A stretch of DNA of 27,193 nt from a virus (IMGVR_UViG_3300012953_002253:1-27193); one strand, 5' to 3'. Counted from the stretch's first letter, positions 9,905 to 19,597 are shown. Numbers and translations: made by a program. The notes: generated by a model not told the origin, from the sequence alone.

Positions 9905-12448
9905 CTAAAATAATGCTAGTAAACTTTCTAGTCTTGGCGCGAGCGTGTCTCTTGCGTAACTAAAATTTTTTGTATTTGCCATTAATTCTGTATTTCCGTA
10001 AATAGAAGCTAAAACTTGCATGGCTCTTTCTTTGACATTTTCTGAGGTTTGCTGTGCGAAAGCAGCTTCATCGCGCATTTCTTGCCACATAAAATTTTGT
10101 TCTGACATACTCATGTTAAAAGAAAATTGAGCCGCTAGTTTGTTTGCTTCATTTTGTGCAGCCGTATCTATTGTATTTGATTTTCTTCTCCAAGCAATAT
10201 TAGATTGTTCTACAGCTTGAGCATTTTGTGCGTTCCATTGATCTTTTTTAAAGGTTAATTCTTGATCAAACATTGCTACCTGTTGCTGTGCCTGACTATT
10301 AAATTGGTCGGCTGCTAAATCATTTTGTGCGTTTATTGCTTCTGTACGATTTGATTCTGAAGCATTAAATTGTTTCATTGCATTTAATTGAGAAGCATTA
10401 AAGGTTTCCATTTGCTGTGCAAGATTAGACATAAATTGATTGGTTTGATTTTCTGAAGTAGCATTAAACTGTGAAGCAGCGTTAGCAGCCGCTTGATTTG
10501 AAAGTAATCTTTGTTGTTGTAATTGCTGATCAAGTAGTGTTGCTTGTTGTGTATTAGATAAATTACTCATATCCATTTGTAAAAAGTTTTGAGCATTTGT
10601 AATTGCAAGTTTGGTATTTTGATCAGCAGTAGCCATATCCATAGAAGCTAAAGCCGTAGCATTTTGCATTGCAGATTGTTGACTTGCGTTAAAGTCTGCC
10701 ATTGTCATTGATTGCATAAACTTACTGTTTGCTAATTCAGTTTGTTGTGCCGTAGTAAATTTAGTAAAATCAATGTTAGCGTTCATTGACGCATTGTTCA
10801 TAGCTCTTTGTTGGTCTACGTTTAACTGCGCTACGCCCATTTCTTGAGCAAGTTTAGATTGTAATAAATTACTCTGCATCCTAGAGTTTAGTTCGGCTAA
10901 CTCTGTTTGCTGTGCTGCGTTGAGATTTTCTGAACCTGCTTGATTCTGTGCCGAAAGATTTGCTAATCTCATTTGTTGATCATTGGTTAAATTAGCAAGT
11001 TCCATTTGCTGTGTGAAAGCAGCGTTCTTACTCATAAAGTCTGATGCAATTTGTCGGTCTTGTATAAGTGCTTGCTGTTCATTACTTAAATTCTGTGATG
11101 CTCGTTGCTGTAGTGCTTGAGCATTGCTTTGCGCTATAGGTAAGGCACTTTGTATAATTGCATTAAACAGTGCATCTCGACCAACAGAAGAAGCTGAAAG
11201 ACCTCTTTGAGCTAACATCTCTTCTACCGCAGCAACCGCAGGTCTTGCAAAGGCTGGAGTTTTTCCTTCTTCCATACCTGCAAGAAGTGATTCCATTTGA
11301 GAAGATACTAACGCTTCGGTAGGAAGCTCTGCAACTGCACCTAGCGCTTCTTGCGGAACACCATCAATATCAGTTACAAGTTGTCCAACATCTTCTAAAA
11401 TACTATCGGCTACAGATTTTGTAATTCCATGTTCTGCAACTAATCTATTCGATGCAGCTTCTTTCGCTTGAGTGCCACGTATCACACGATTCTTAGAAGC
11501 ACCAAAACCAAATTCATTTAAAATCTTTGCTTCTTCTCCAGAAGGCGCTGCCATACCAAGAACTGCTTCACGTTGTTGTTTTTCTGCTGGCGTTGTCTGT
11601 ACTACATCTGTAGTTTCGCCTACCACTCTCTGTACAAAAGCATCTTGCCCTACTTCAAGTTCTTGAGCTTGGGCTAATGCTTGAGTTTCTTGAGTTGTGT
11701 CACGTTCAGCAGCAGCAGCTCTTTCAGAAAGCTCTGGGCCTTCTGCAACCGCTTCTCGCGTTACCTGTCCTTGTGCAGCTTGTGTAGTTGCTAAGTCTTC
11801 AGCTTGGGCTGCGGTCATTTGTGCAGCTTCTAATTTATCTTGCGGTGTTGCTTGTGCTGCTTCAGTAACCTGTGCTGCTCCAATTACATTGGCTGTTGCA
11901 TCTTCTGGAGCTGCTGTTCTTTCTCTATCTGATATTTGTACAGCTTCATCACTTAATATAGTATCGTCTGTACCAGCAACATTTACTGTAACTGCACCTG
12001 CTTGTTTTCCTTCAGTTGTTCGCTGCCCAAAAGTTCTGTCAGTAGTAGCTGAACCCACTGTTCCTGTAGCTTGAGATGTAGGAGTAGCTTGAGATGTTGG
12101 AGTAGTTCCTCCAGCAGTTACTGTTGTTGTACCTCCAGTATTTGGATCAGTTCCTCCTATAATTTGAGGTGTAGTATCGTCAGTATACTCATCAGTTTGT
12201 GGAGTTGTCACAGTAGCTTGGCTTCCTCCTACGGGAGTAGTAGTAACAGTTGGAGTTACTCCTGTTACGGATTCGCCAGTTTCTTTATGTACTATTGCTG
12301 GTTTACCGCCTACCGTTTTAACCTCATAATCGTCTTTAGTAGCTGGATCTAATAGTGGACTTAAACCACCACTCTGAAACTTCTTACGGTCTACAAAACC
12401 ACCCTTACGAAAGTCTGCTCTTTTCTTTAATGCTCGTTTTCTAGACAT
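9905..12448 (-). CDS. Putative DNA-ejection (pilot/tunnel-forming) protein with 11-residue Q/N/A-rich repeats (847 aa)
   Basis: It has a Thr-rich low-complexity N-terminal part and about 320 aa of in-register 11-mer repeats. It is the first gene of the internal-protein cluster. Confidence 0.7.
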   Translation of the reverse strand: MSRKRALKKRADFRKGGFVDRKKFQSGGLSPLLDPATKDDYEVKTVGGKPAIVHKETGESVTGVTPTVTTTPVGGSQATVTTPQTDEYTDDTTPQIIGGTDPNTGGTTTVTAGGTTPTSQATPTSQATGTVGSATTDRTFGQRTTEGKQAGAVTVNVAGTDDTILSDEAVQISDRERTAAPEDATANVIGAAQVTEAAQATPQDKLEAAQMTAAQAEDLATTQAAQGQVTREAVAEGPELSERAAAAERDTTQETQALAQAQELEVGQDAFVQRVVGETTDVVQTTPAEKQQREAVLGMAAPSGEEAKILNEFGFGASKNRVIRGTQAKEAASNRLVAEHGITKSVADSILEDVGQLVTDIDGVPQEALGAVAELPTEALVSSQMESLLAGMEEGKTPAFARPAVAAVEEMLAQRGLSASSVGRDALFNAIIQSALPIAQSNAQALQQRASQNLSNEQQALIQDRQIASDFMSKNAAFTQQMELANLTNDQQMRLANLSAQNQAGSENLNAAQQTELAELNSRMQSNLLQSKLAQEMGVAQLNVDQQRAMNNASMNANIDFTKFTTAQQTELANSKFMQSMTMADFNASQQSAMQNATALASMDMATADQNTKLAITNAQNFLQMDMSNLSNTQQATLLDQQLQQQRLLSNQAAANAASQFNATSENQTNQFMSNLAQQMETFNASQLNAMKQFNASESNRTEAINAQNDLAADQFNSQAQQQVAMFDQELTFKKDQWNAQNAQAVEQSNIAWRRKSNTIDTAAQNEANKLAAQFSFNMSMSEQNFMWQEMRDEAAFAQQTSENVKERAMQVLASIYGNTELMANTKNFSYARDTLAPRLESLLALF
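10136..11092 (-). repeat. 29 contiguous 11-amino-acid (33-nt) repeats within the 847-aa protein
   Basis: Manual phasing gives NLSNEQQALIQ / DRQIASDFMSK / NAAFTQQMELA / NLTNDQQMRLA / NLSAQNQAGSE / NLNAAQQTELA ... NATSENQTNQF / MSNLAQQMETF / NASQLNAMKQF ... DTAAQNEANKL with no register break (957 nt = 29 x 33). Confidence 0.85.
12066..12101. repeat. 18-bp tandem duplication encoding PTSQAT twice
   Basis: The copies are gtagcttgagatgtagga and gtagcttgagatgttgga, with 1 mismatch. Confidence 0.85.
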
Positions 12449-12656
12449 TTGTTATCCCCAATATTATTGTTAGCGCACAACTTAACATCGTTGCAACAAG
12501 CAGCCATGCGAGTTTCTCCCATCGTCTTGCGTGAGTCTTAGTAGTTTCTTTTAACTCTCGAAGTTCAACAGCAGCTTCGCCCCATCTTGCAGCACACTCT
12601 TTTTCATGTTCTGCAATTTTCTTGAGAGCCTCTATAGCAGCGCTTTCGTTATCCAT
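12441..12656 (-). CDS. Small coiled-coil plus single-TM protein, XhlA/holin-like (71 aa)
   Basis: An HEKECAARW coiled-coil segment is followed by the hydrophobic LAWLLVATMLSCALTIILGI. It overlaps both neighbours. A lysis role is an inference. Confidence 0.55.
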   Translation of the reverse strand: MDNESAAIEALKKIAEHEKECAARWGEAAVELRELKETTKTHARRWEKLAWLLVATMLSCALTIILGITNV

Positions 12657-12943
12657 TAGACAGGTTTGTTGTCAGCTAAATAGATATTTTTGTTAGCTCC
12701 ACCAGCAATCTTTTGATTTTCTGGAAGGTAAATATCGTTAGCACCTCCAGCAACTCCAGCAGGGTCTGCATTGGCTATGTCATTTGCACCGCCACCAGTA
12801 CCTTGAGCATCCTGTAGATAAATGTTTGTATTAGCACCTCCAGCCGTCTTTGGATTTTCTGGAAGGTAAATATCATTTGTACCGCCTTGAATTTTTCCGG
12901 GGCCGTTAGGTGGGTTTAAGTATCCTTGACTTTTTGGTTGCAT
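12656..12943 (-). CDS. Hypothetical 95-aa protein made of five xxxGG[AT]N(x)xIYL-type repeats
   Basis: There is a strong RBS AGGAGA just upstream, a TAATG coupling to the next gene, and visible internal repeats at both protein and DNA level. Confidence 0.75.
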   Translation of the reverse strand: MQPKSQGYLNPPNGPGKIQGGTNDIYLPENPKTAGGANTNIYLQDAQGTGGGANDIANADPAGVAGGANDIYLPENQKIAGGANKNIYLADNKPV

Positions 12944-12955
12944 AGTTTTTCTCCT

Positions 12956-13150
12956 TTAATCTGCATCAGCTATTGTTATTCTTCCCGCTTTTACTTCTTC
13001 CATAATTTCAATATAATCTGCGTTTCCAGTATCGCAAGGTATAACTAACGCTCCGCTTGCACCGCGTGGAACAAAAATAGTAGTGTTGGTTTTGACATTA
13101 CCTAACGGATCTTGGCTGTTTTGATATTTTGCATTTGTAAATTTTGACAT
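12956..13150 (-). CDS. Probable tail-fiber assembly chaperone (64 aa)
   Basis: It lies directly downstream of the tail fiber. IPCDTGNADYIEIM...TIADAD resembles the IPxDxxNxDY...xAD small proteins that follow marine phage fibers. RBS GGAGGT. Confidence 0.6.
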   Translation of the reverse strand: MSKFTNAKYQNSQDPLGNVKTNTTIFVPRGASGALVIPCDTGNADYIEIMEEVKAGRITIADAD

Positions 13151-13159
13151 GATTACCTC

Positions 13160-16100
13160 CTACAAGTCTGCACTTAACCAAAAATAACTATCGGTAGCTG
13201 CATTAGTGTATAACTGCGATGCTCGCCCTACTGTGGTATCTGTAGAACTACCTACATTAACTGCTCGTATCCAAATAGTAGAAAATGACCTGTAGACTGC
13301 ACCGTCTTCGCCACTAAAATAAGTAATACTTCCTAAAAATCTATTATTTCCATCAAATATATACACATTATTAAAAGTTGCTGATGGCCGAGTTCTCATT
13401 GGAGTCGGAGGGTTTACTTCTATCCAAGAGAATGTTGTTCCAGCCGCTAAACCAGTACCAATAACTACATAATCATCTGTTGCGTCTGTACCACTTGGCC
13501 CATACGCCATAAAATACCTTTGACACCGAGAAAGATTTTCTTTAAAAGATTCGTATTGAAATTCAGTGGCTACCTCTCCAAGTTCCATCTGAACGCCAGT
13601 AAGATAAAAATTGTCAGAATCATCTGCCAGCACATTTACTTGCCCAACAGCTCTGTTATTTGTTGTTGTCCCCCAACTTGTATTTAAAGAACCTCCACCT
13701 GTGTAATTACTTCCTGCTAGTAACCAAAAATTTATATTGAAAGACCTAGCGTTATCGTCATCTAATGCTCCGCTAGTATCTGCTGGAAAAGTGCAACTAT
13801 GATATTCCCATGTGTCTGCTGATGCGACTGTATAGGATTTACTAACAAATCTATTGTTATCGTAATCATAACATTCTAGAATATGTATTCCTGTTACTGG
13901 AGAACGTACCCAAAAAGATATTGTTAATGTTTTTGCTTGAGCATCTCCTTTATTAAGCGACTGCATATCAAATCCTTCAAAAAGCTGTGATATCATCGCT
14001 GCATCGCCAGCAGCTAAACTTGCATCTTGTGTAGTAATATCTAATTTTAAAGAATTATTAAAGCCATCAGGTGATTCAGCATCTTGACTTGCATCAACAG
14101 CCGCAGCACTTCCCATCCAAATTTTCCAACCATCACAAGCACCATACGCATAACCACTAGCCGCAATAGATTGAGTGCTTCTTTGGGCTATTGCCATATC
14201 TCCATTACGAATAAAGCTTCTTTGTGCGAATGGTACTTTAGGTTGTTGTGTGAAAGTAACTTGGCCTGTACTTGCAATAGCCATAGCGTCTGTATCAGAA
14301 GCCGAACCTATATTGCCAGCATCAGGAATAACAATATTGCCACCAGTGGTCATTGTACCTCCACCTGTGTATGTACCTGAGACATCTAGGTTGGCGTTTA
14401 CATCTGCTAACGTGGCATTAAGTTCTATCTCATCTGTTGCATTGATGTCTAAAACAGTAGCACTTGGAGCATTTATATTTTGACTTGCATCGTTAAATTG
14501 TAGTTGCATTGTGCTGTTTAATAACAACCCTGTATCTGCAACATGGGTTAAAGTAACATCATTGTCTGCTCCAAATCCTAAAACTGCTGCATCATTCGCA
14601 AGTTTTACATCGTGGTTAAAAGAAGCAGTTCCAGCATCACTACCATCTATAGTTAAGAAAGTAGTATCAGAGCTACCGTCAGTACCTTTAAGAATTATAT
14701 CAGTGTCATTACCCTGTGCATCTATGGTGATGTTTCCTGCACTCGTAGCAAGAGTCACAGCAGCATCACCAGTAGTTAAATCATCTGCTGCGCTTGCTAC
14801 ATTAACAAAAGATAATACTCCACTTCCATTTGTTCCTAATGCTTGCCCACTACTACCATCAGAGGAGGGTATAGTAAATGTTGTTCCACCAGATGTTAAT
14901 TTTAAATTTGAACCATCTGATGAAACTGCTTCATTTGAATCGTGAAATTGTAGTGTTGGTGTTCCACCAGAATCTTCTAATAGTAAACCTGTATCATGTA
15001 CATGAGTAAGTGTTATCTCATCATTAGCACCAAAAGATAATATAGCACCGTCATGTTGTAATTCTAAATCTTGTGTTAATGTTACATCGCCATCTGACCC
15101 TATTGCAATCGCATCAGTGTCACTTGCACTTCCTATATTTCCTGCATCGGGTATTACAATATTACCACCAGTGGTCATTGTACCACCACCAGTATATGTT
15201 CCTGCGCCAGTTACGTTTGCTCCACTAAAAGTAAGAGCTGTCGTTGTTCCTGATTTAATAATAAGATTACCAGAAGTATTGGTCGCGCTACCAAAAGTTG
15301 TACCAGCGTCCTTAAAGAAAATGTCTCCGCCATCTGCATCTAACACAATATCAGTGGTTGCGTCAAGCGTAATAGTAGAACCTGAATCTATTTCAGCAAT
15401 TACTGGAGTTGTTAAAGTTTTGTTTGTAAGTGTTTGAGTCGCTGCAATACCTGCTAACGTATCTGTAGAAGCAGGAAGTGTAAGCGTGACGTTTCCAGAG
15501 AAAGCAGAGTGCGCTGGTGCTTGTATAGCTGCGTAGTGAGCATTAGAAGATTCACAATAGAGTCTTACCGCAGATTGCGAACCACCGTTCTTTAAATCTA
15601 TAAGTCCTGTTTCAATTCCTACGTTTCCGTCAATTAGAACCTGACCAGAACCTTTTGGAGTTAACTTTAAACTAACATTAGTATCACCACCTGTTGCAGC
15701 AATCTCAGGTGCATTACCTGTTGCTGCGTTTGTTACATCAATTTGGTTTACGGCAGAGCTTGTGGTCTGAAAAATAATTTGCTCGTTACCGTTTTCATCA
15801 GCAATAAAATGTGCGTCATCTATTAAAATATTTTGTGAGTTAGTATCTAGATTACCTCCAAGTTGCGGAGAAGTATCTTCTACTACGTTAGATATTGCAG
15901 AGGAGGTTGCTAAACCAGATACAACCGCAGACCTTGCAATTTTCTTTAGACCACCACCCGAAGTATCAATAGCAAGAAATACATCATCATTTGCTACTGT
16001 AGATATTTCTGATAATGAAGTAACTGCCGTAGGATTAAAGTTAGTTCCATCTGCAATAAGTAACATCCCAGAAGTATTTGTACCCATTGTCAGGTCATCT

Positions 16101-17041
16101 CCTGAAATGGTTAAGTCTCCAGTTACCGTAACATTTTGAGAAAACGTTACAACACCACCTGAAGAAATTGCTATAGCATCAGTATCTCCTACAGAACCAA
16201 TATTACCATCGTTAGGAATAACAATGTTACCGCCAGTAGTCATAAGACCTGCGCCTGTATATGTGCCACTAATATCTAAATTAGCATTTACATCTACAAG
16301 CGTAGCATTAAGTTCTATTTCGTCAGTTGCGTTTATATCTAGTACAGTAGCAGAAGGTGCGTTTATGTATTGTGATGAGTCATTAAATTGTAGTTGCATG
16401 GTGCTATTTAAAAGCAACCCGGTGTCAGCTACGTGTGTAAGTGTTACGTCTTGGTCATCACCAAAATTTATAACTGCGGCATCTGCAAGAAAAAGATCAC
16501 TAAATTCTAAAGAGCTTGTACCTAGTGCAGCTCCGTCTGAAGCGTCAGGTACAAATGCGGTATTTGCAGTTATAGTAGTTCCTACAATAGTAGTAGCTGA
16601 ACTTGCACCAATCGTAGCACCGTCTACTGTACCACCATTAATGTCGGCAGTATCCGCTACCAGCGCATCGGTAGTTACTGTACCATCAAAGTACGCATCT
16701 TTAAATTCTACTGAGCTTGTTCCTAAGTCTATGTCGTTATCTGTTACAGGTACAATTGCACCATCTTGTATTCGTATTTGCTCTACTGCGCTTGAAGATA
16801 CTTGTACAAAAATACCAAAGCGGTTGTTGGTGCTGTCCGTAACTATTTTATTAAGAAAGTCTTGATCGCCTATTTGTGGAACGTGTCCACCTTCTCCAGC
16901 CGTTCCATCGTGCTTGTGTCCTGTAGTACCTGAAGAAGCGTAAGAAAATGCAGATAGTAACTGATTATATTCGTTGTTAAATAACGCAGCAGTAATTGTA
17001 TCTCCATCTGTAATTGTACTTTGTCGTGTATAAGCTACCAT
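13160..17041 (-). CDS. Tail fiber / receptor-binding protein (1293 aa)
   Basis: It has an N-terminal virion-anchor segment (YTRQS...NNEYNQL...GHKHDGT), a repetitive G/T/D/S-rich beta shaft, and a C-terminal carbohydrate-binding-like domain (IRNGDMAIAQR...TISFWVRS...LTGVQMELGEVATEF...RCQRYF). It follows the nozzle gene. Confidence 0.88.
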   Translation of the reverse strand: MVAYTRQSTITDGDTITAALFNNEYNQLLSAFSYASSGTTGHKHDGTAGEGGHVPQIGDQDFLNKIVTDSTNNRFGIFVQVSSSAVEQIRIQDGAIVPVTDNDIDLGTSSVEFKDAYFDGTVTTDALVADTADINGGTVDGATIGASSATTIVGTTITANTAFVPDASDGAALGTSSLEFSDLFLADAAVINFGDDQDVTLTHVADTGLLLNSTMQLQFNDSSQYINAPSATVLDINATDEIELNATLVDVNANLDISGTYTGAGLMTTGGNIVIPNDGNIGSVGDTDAIAISSGGVVTFSQNVTVTGDLTISGDDLTMGTNTSGMLLIADGTNFNPTAVTSLSEISTVANDDVFLAIDTSGGGLKKIARSAVVSGLATSSAISNVVEDTSPQLGGNLDTNSQNILIDDAHFIADENGNEQIIFQTTSSAVNQIDVTNAATGNAPEIAATGGDTNVSLKLTPKGSGQVLIDGNVGIETGLIDLKNGGSQSAVRLYCESSNAHYAAIQAPAHSAFSGNVTLTLPASTDTLAGIAATQTLTNKTLTTPVIAEIDSGSTITLDATTDIVLDADGGDIFFKDAGTTFGSATNTSGNLIIKSGTTTALTFSGANVTGAGTYTGGGTMTTGGNIVIPDAGNIGSASDTDAIAIGSDGDVTLTQDLELQHDGAILSFGANDEITLTHVHDTGLLLEDSGGTPTLQFHDSNEAVSSDGSNLKLTSGGTTFTIPSSDGSSGQALGTNGSGVLSFVNVASAADDLTTGDAAVTLATSAGNITIDAQGNDTDIILKGTDGSSDTTFLTIDGSDAGTASFNHDVKLANDAAVLGFGADNDVTLTHVADTGLLLNSTMQLQFNDASQNINAPSATVLDINATDEIELNATLADVNANLDVSGTYTGGGTMTTGGNIVIPDAGNIGSASDTDAMAIASTGQVTFTQQPKVPFAQRSFIRNGDMAIAQRSTQSIAASGYAYGACDGWKIWMGSAAAVDASQDAESPDGFNNSLKLDITTQDASLAAGDAAMISQLFEGFDMQSLNKGDAQAKTLTISFWVRSPVTGIHILECYDYDNNRFVSKSYTVASADTWEYHSCTFPADTSGALDDDNARSFNINFWLLAGSNYTGGGSLNTSWGTTTNNRAVGQVNVLADDSDNFYLTGVQMELGEVATEFQYESFKENLSRCQRYFMAYGPSGTDATDDYVVIGTGLAAGTTFSWIEVNPPTPMRTRPSATFNNVYIFDGNNRFLGSITYFSGEDGAVYRSFSTIWIRAVNVGSSTDTTVGRASQLYTNAATDSYFWLSADL
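14246..16483 (-). repeat. Internal module duplications in the tail fiber
   Basis: Two 348-nt (116-aa) copies lie at 16136-16483 and 14246-14593 (DAAV..FG...VTLTHVADTGLLLNSTMQLQFND...TTGGNIVIP...VTF.Q). A partial, permuted copy lies at 14978-15202. Confidence 0.9.
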
Positions 17042-17046
17042 TTAAA

Positions 17047-18657
17047 CTATCTCCTATTAAGTGGTGTGTAATCTATGTACAAACCATTTATAGCATACGG
17101 AGGGTTTGTGTCTGTTGACCGTATCCTAAAACTTGTTGTGTTTCCAGTACCTTGTACTGCTTGTCGTATCATTGGGTCTTTTGTTCCTCCAAATACTGCC
17201 GAATTAAATGTGGCAGTTCCAAATACTGCTGGTACTCTTACACTTGGAGAATAATCGGCTGGTTGTGGTATATCTGTATCCTCGTAATCGTATCGAACTC
17301 TAAGTTTAGGCGCACACGTACCTTCAGGAGAAAAAGATATTTTTACATAATTAATTGTTTTGCGAGTCCCGTAATCTCCAAAGTCAAAATCAGGGGACTG
17401 ATAAGTGGCTTGGATGTTAGCTGCTGTTCCATCGTGTACAAAAGAATTTCCAGTGTCGTGAAGGTAAACATATCCATCGTTATCGCCATGATAAAATTGT
17501 TCGTTGTTATCAGTATCAAAACCAGAAACTATTGCTCTTGCTTGGATACCTATGGTTTCTGACCACTCAAATCCTTTGTCTCTTATTGTACCTATAATAC
17601 CTTTTGATGTAGAAGGAGATTGAGAAGTTGTTGTGTAAAATAATCTGTACTGTGATTTATTTCGTATAACACAGCTTGTAAAAATATTGTTTGCCATGTT
17701 TGTTACGGCATCTCTAATTATAGGTTGTATTGCTCTGCTTACGGAACTTAATTCAATATCGTCAATACGTGCTGTAGCTGCAAGAGTACGTACTCCATCA
17801 GGACTTAAAAATACTAAGTCACTACCAATTTCCTGTATGCTTCCGTTTGCAAGACACCCTATGTTTTCGGTAATAGGTGTTACTGCAACCGTTGAAGAGT
17901 TATTTATATTTTGTAATTTGTGTATACTGTTTAAACAAAATATAATTAAGTCATCACGAAAAGATTTTAATCCTACAATCTTATCTTCAATTACAATACT
18001 ACCAGAACCTGTTGATGAAAAATCATCGATGTCATTTGTACCAGAATAATAAACTGTATTAGGATTAGTTGTATCTCCTGCTACGACCAAATGTTTATCG
18101 TGTATAGTACATACCTTTGCAGTAAGGCTACCTGATATAGTAACATCTTTGACAAAAAATGTACGGTTACTTAATGCGCCTGTACCTGTAATTTTAATGT
18201 AGAGTGGTTTAGAGCTTCCACTTTCATCAGTAATAAGAAGTTCACCATGTTCTGTAGTACCTTCGTACAGTGCAAAGTTTACTTGCCCTTGATTTGTCCT
18301 AGTGTTTGTAGAACGTCCTGAAAAGGTACTGAAGTTATCTCCACCTGCATCTACACTACTACGGTTCATTAGTAACCATGTTTCGCCATCTGTCGTAAAA
18401 TAAATGTTTGTTCCGCTTGCAGCAATTACACCACCTGCATAAATAAAAAGACCTGTAATAGCATTAGTGCTATTTGGTCTTGCTGCATCGCTACCACCAT
18501 AAGCTGAGAAACCGTTTATTCTTCTATAGCCACCGTCTATGTCTACTTCAAAGTTTTCTAGGTCACGGGCAAATCCGGGCTGTGCCAATAATTGAAATTG
18601 ATTGACGTTTGTATTAAGTCCTCCTACTAATGGTATAGCGTATGGTTGGCTTGGCAT
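17047..18657 (-). CDS. Tail nozzle / tubular protein B (T7 gp12 / P22 gp10-like beta-propeller), 536 aa
   Basis: It shows GGLNTN...LENFEVDIDGGYRRING at the N-terminus, then ENIGCLANGSIQEIGSDLVFLSPDGVRTL and DFDFGDYGTRK. It sits between the adaptor and the fiber. Confidence 0.8.
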   Translation of the reverse strand: MPSQPYAIPLVGGLNTNVNQFQLLAQPGFARDLENFEVDIDGGYRRINGFSAYGGSDAARPNSTNAITGLFIYAGGVIAASGTNIYFTTDGETWLLMNRSSVDAGGDNFSTFSGRSTNTRTNQGQVNFALYEGTTEHGELLITDESGSSKPLYIKITGTGALSNRTFFVKDVTISGSLTAKVCTIHDKHLVVAGDTTNPNTVYYSGTNDIDDFSSTGSGSIVIEDKIVGLKSFRDDLIIFCLNSIHKLQNINNSSTVAVTPITENIGCLANGSIQEIGSDLVFLSPDGVRTLAATARIDDIELSSVSRAIQPIIRDAVTNMANNIFTSCVIRNKSQYRLFYTTTSQSPSTSKGIIGTIRDKGFEWSETIGIQARAIVSGFDTDNNEQFYHGDNDGYVYLHDTGNSFVHDGTAANIQATYQSPDFDFGDYGTRKTINYVKISFSPEGTCAPKLRVRYDYEDTDIPQPADYSPSVRVPAVFGTATFNSAVFGGTKDPMIRQAVQGTGNTTSFRIRSTDTNPPYAINGLYIDYTPLNRR

Positions 18658-19427
18658 TACATAAACCTTATACGATCATCTTTAACATAGTTAGGTGTTG
18701 GCTCCATTAGGTGCAGCTTCATAGTTTTTAAGCCACGCTTGTAGTCTTCGAGTGCAAACGCAGCGCCTTGGTTGTTGTCTTTAAACTGGTGCATATAGTA
18801 TCTTGCACGATTTATTAACACAGGAACATATAGGTCTGGAAAAACTATAGCATCTCCGTGTGCAGAAAGTTCTGTAGGTAAGTTATACGCATAATAATAA
18901 ATACGATATACTTGATCAGGTATTGGAGATAATCCAAACTTTCGATTGTCAGGACTTTTAATTACTCTGTCAGGTGTACCGCCCTCTGCGTCCTCAGCGT
19001 CATCTTTGTTTTGCGCTACTCTAAAGTAATCTTTCCACTCTTCAATACTTGTAAACCGTAAGTTACGCACTGTATAAGGTGCGCTTTCACCGCTTACACC
19101 TACTGTCGTTAGTAAAAAATTATCCCAATCTACATAGCTATAGTCATCTACAATGCTACTTGAAGCAGCTTTTAATTCATACCAGCGTGTACCTGCGGTA
19201 GTTTCTACGTAAACATTACCGTACATAGGGTCAGTAGAACCTGATTCTCCTACAGCTAAAAAAGGCCATTGCGGTTCTTCATTAACCATATCAAGATAAG
19301 CACGATTAACTAAATCTTTAATATGAGTTTGAACACCCACAGACGAAGAAAAGTTAGAGGAGGTTAATTCAACTTCGTTGAACTCCCTTAACAATTCATT
19401 CGTTAATTGAAGATAAGTGGTTGCCAT
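18657..19427 (-). CDS. Head-tail adaptor / tail tubular protein A (256 aa)
   Basis: It shows MATTYLQLTNELLREFNE...VNRAYLDM...WPF and FGLSPIPDQVYRIYYYAY, an adaptor-like pattern, and lies upstream of the nozzle. Confidence 0.78.
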   Translation of the reverse strand: MATTYLQLTNELLREFNEVELTSSNFSSSVGVQTHIKDLVNRAYLDMVNEEPQWPFLAVGESGSTDPMYGNVYVETTAGTRWYELKAASSSIVDDYSYVDWDNFLLTTVGVSGESAPYTVRNLRFTSIEEWKDYFRVAQNKDDAEDAEGGTPDRVIKSPDNRKFGLSPIPDQVYRIYYYAYNLPTELSAHGDAIVFPDLYVPVLINRARYYMHQFKDNNQGAAFALEDYKRGLKTMKLHLMEPTPNYVKDDRIRFM

Positions 19428-19597
19428 TAGTAAGAAGTTTTAATACGTTGTTCCATACTAAACTTAGAACCTTGGGCTTTACCAGCATTGTAAAATTTGT
19501 TTTCTAATTCATGTATGCTTTGGTAGTTTTCAATACCTTCTTTAACCTGTTTAGTTTCTTCAGGTTTTGGTTCTTCCATCATAGACATTATTAACAT
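19427..19597 (-). CDS. Small hypothetical protein, 56 aa (MLIMSMMEEPKPEETKQVKEGIENYQSIHELENKFYNAGKAQGSKFSMEQRIKTSY), missing from the ORF track
   Basis: Translated by hand. It fills the gap between hsp20 and the adaptor, has GAGGA upstream, and its TAA overlaps the adaptor ATG (TAATG). Confidence 0.7.
   Translation of the reverse strand: MLIMSMMEEPKPEETKQVKEGIENYQSIHELENKFYNAGKAQGSKFSMEQRIKTSY

Noticed and set aside
12656-12943. Repeats considered as a CRISPR mini-array or non-coding repeat array
   Set aside because: The units are degenerate, keep the reading frame, vary at synonymous positions and have no unique spacers. They are protein-coding repeats.
13160-17041. Tail-fiber duplications as a diversity-generating retroelement TR/VR pair
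   Set aside because: Both copies are in-frame coding, the differences are not adenine-specific, and there is no reverse transcriptase in the window.
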